Shown here: positions 63,646 through 64,000 of the stretch, piece after piece
How positions within the stretch are numbered: position 1 is the first letter of the stretch
How the letters are laid out: every line of letters starts with the position of its first letter
Assembly: GCA_964016885.1 (NCBI GenBank)
Contig: OZ024753.1
Coordinates: 34,038,001-34,102,000 of the forward strand
Source of the DNA: Eledone cirrhosa
Lineage: Eukaryota
Length of the DNA stretch: 64,000 nucleotides
Reading direction: 5' to 3'
Notes under the pieces: generated by a model
What the model was told of the DNA's origin: nothing
The model's database searches: none
The model's input: only the letters and a program-made list of their open reading frames with translations
Translations under genes and position numbers: made by a program

Positions 63646-64000
63646 ATTTACCTCTATATTGAATTAATACTTTATTTATCGACCCCGAAATGATGAAAGT
63701 CAAAATTAATCTCTCTGGTATTTGATCTCAAATCACAAAGAACCGGAAATAATTTTATCCGGCACTCTAACAACTCTAAGAATTCGTCTTGTATAGAAAG
63801 ATTATAAATTAATAAACCACTAGAATTAGATTTTCTTTTACTTTATTATCTGACAGAGAAAGGTTGTAATAGTTTAAGAGTTTAGTATTGCTGTATGACA
63901 TAAGCGGCTTTATTTATAGTCTGTTTGTTTTCTTCACATCAAATGCCAGCTGTTATAGTCAGCATTTGTCGGAGCCGTGTACTTCTTATTCATGAATGAT

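Overview
Very AT-rich animal DNA that looks intronic or intergenic. The mix of huge (TA)n arrays, tRNA-derived SINEs and RTE/Tx1/CRE LINE ends suggests a cephalopod (octopus-like) genome; this is an inference, not a database result. No host protein-coding gene can be supported with confidence, and nearly all long ORFs in the track are translations of microsatellites. The window holds about 20 SINE copies, several 5'-truncated non-LTR retrotransposon ends (RTE, Tx1/L1, CRE, possibly R4/Dong), an internally deleted mariner with ~100-bp TIRs and a non-autonomous Helitron. The most interesting signal is at least six families of short non-coding elements embedded in (TA)n tracts. They carry type I hammerhead ribozyme motifs (CUGANGA...GAAA...NUH), often as fold-back inverted pairs, which fits Penelope-like pLTR or retrozyme-type mini-elements. 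All alignments and folds were done by eye.
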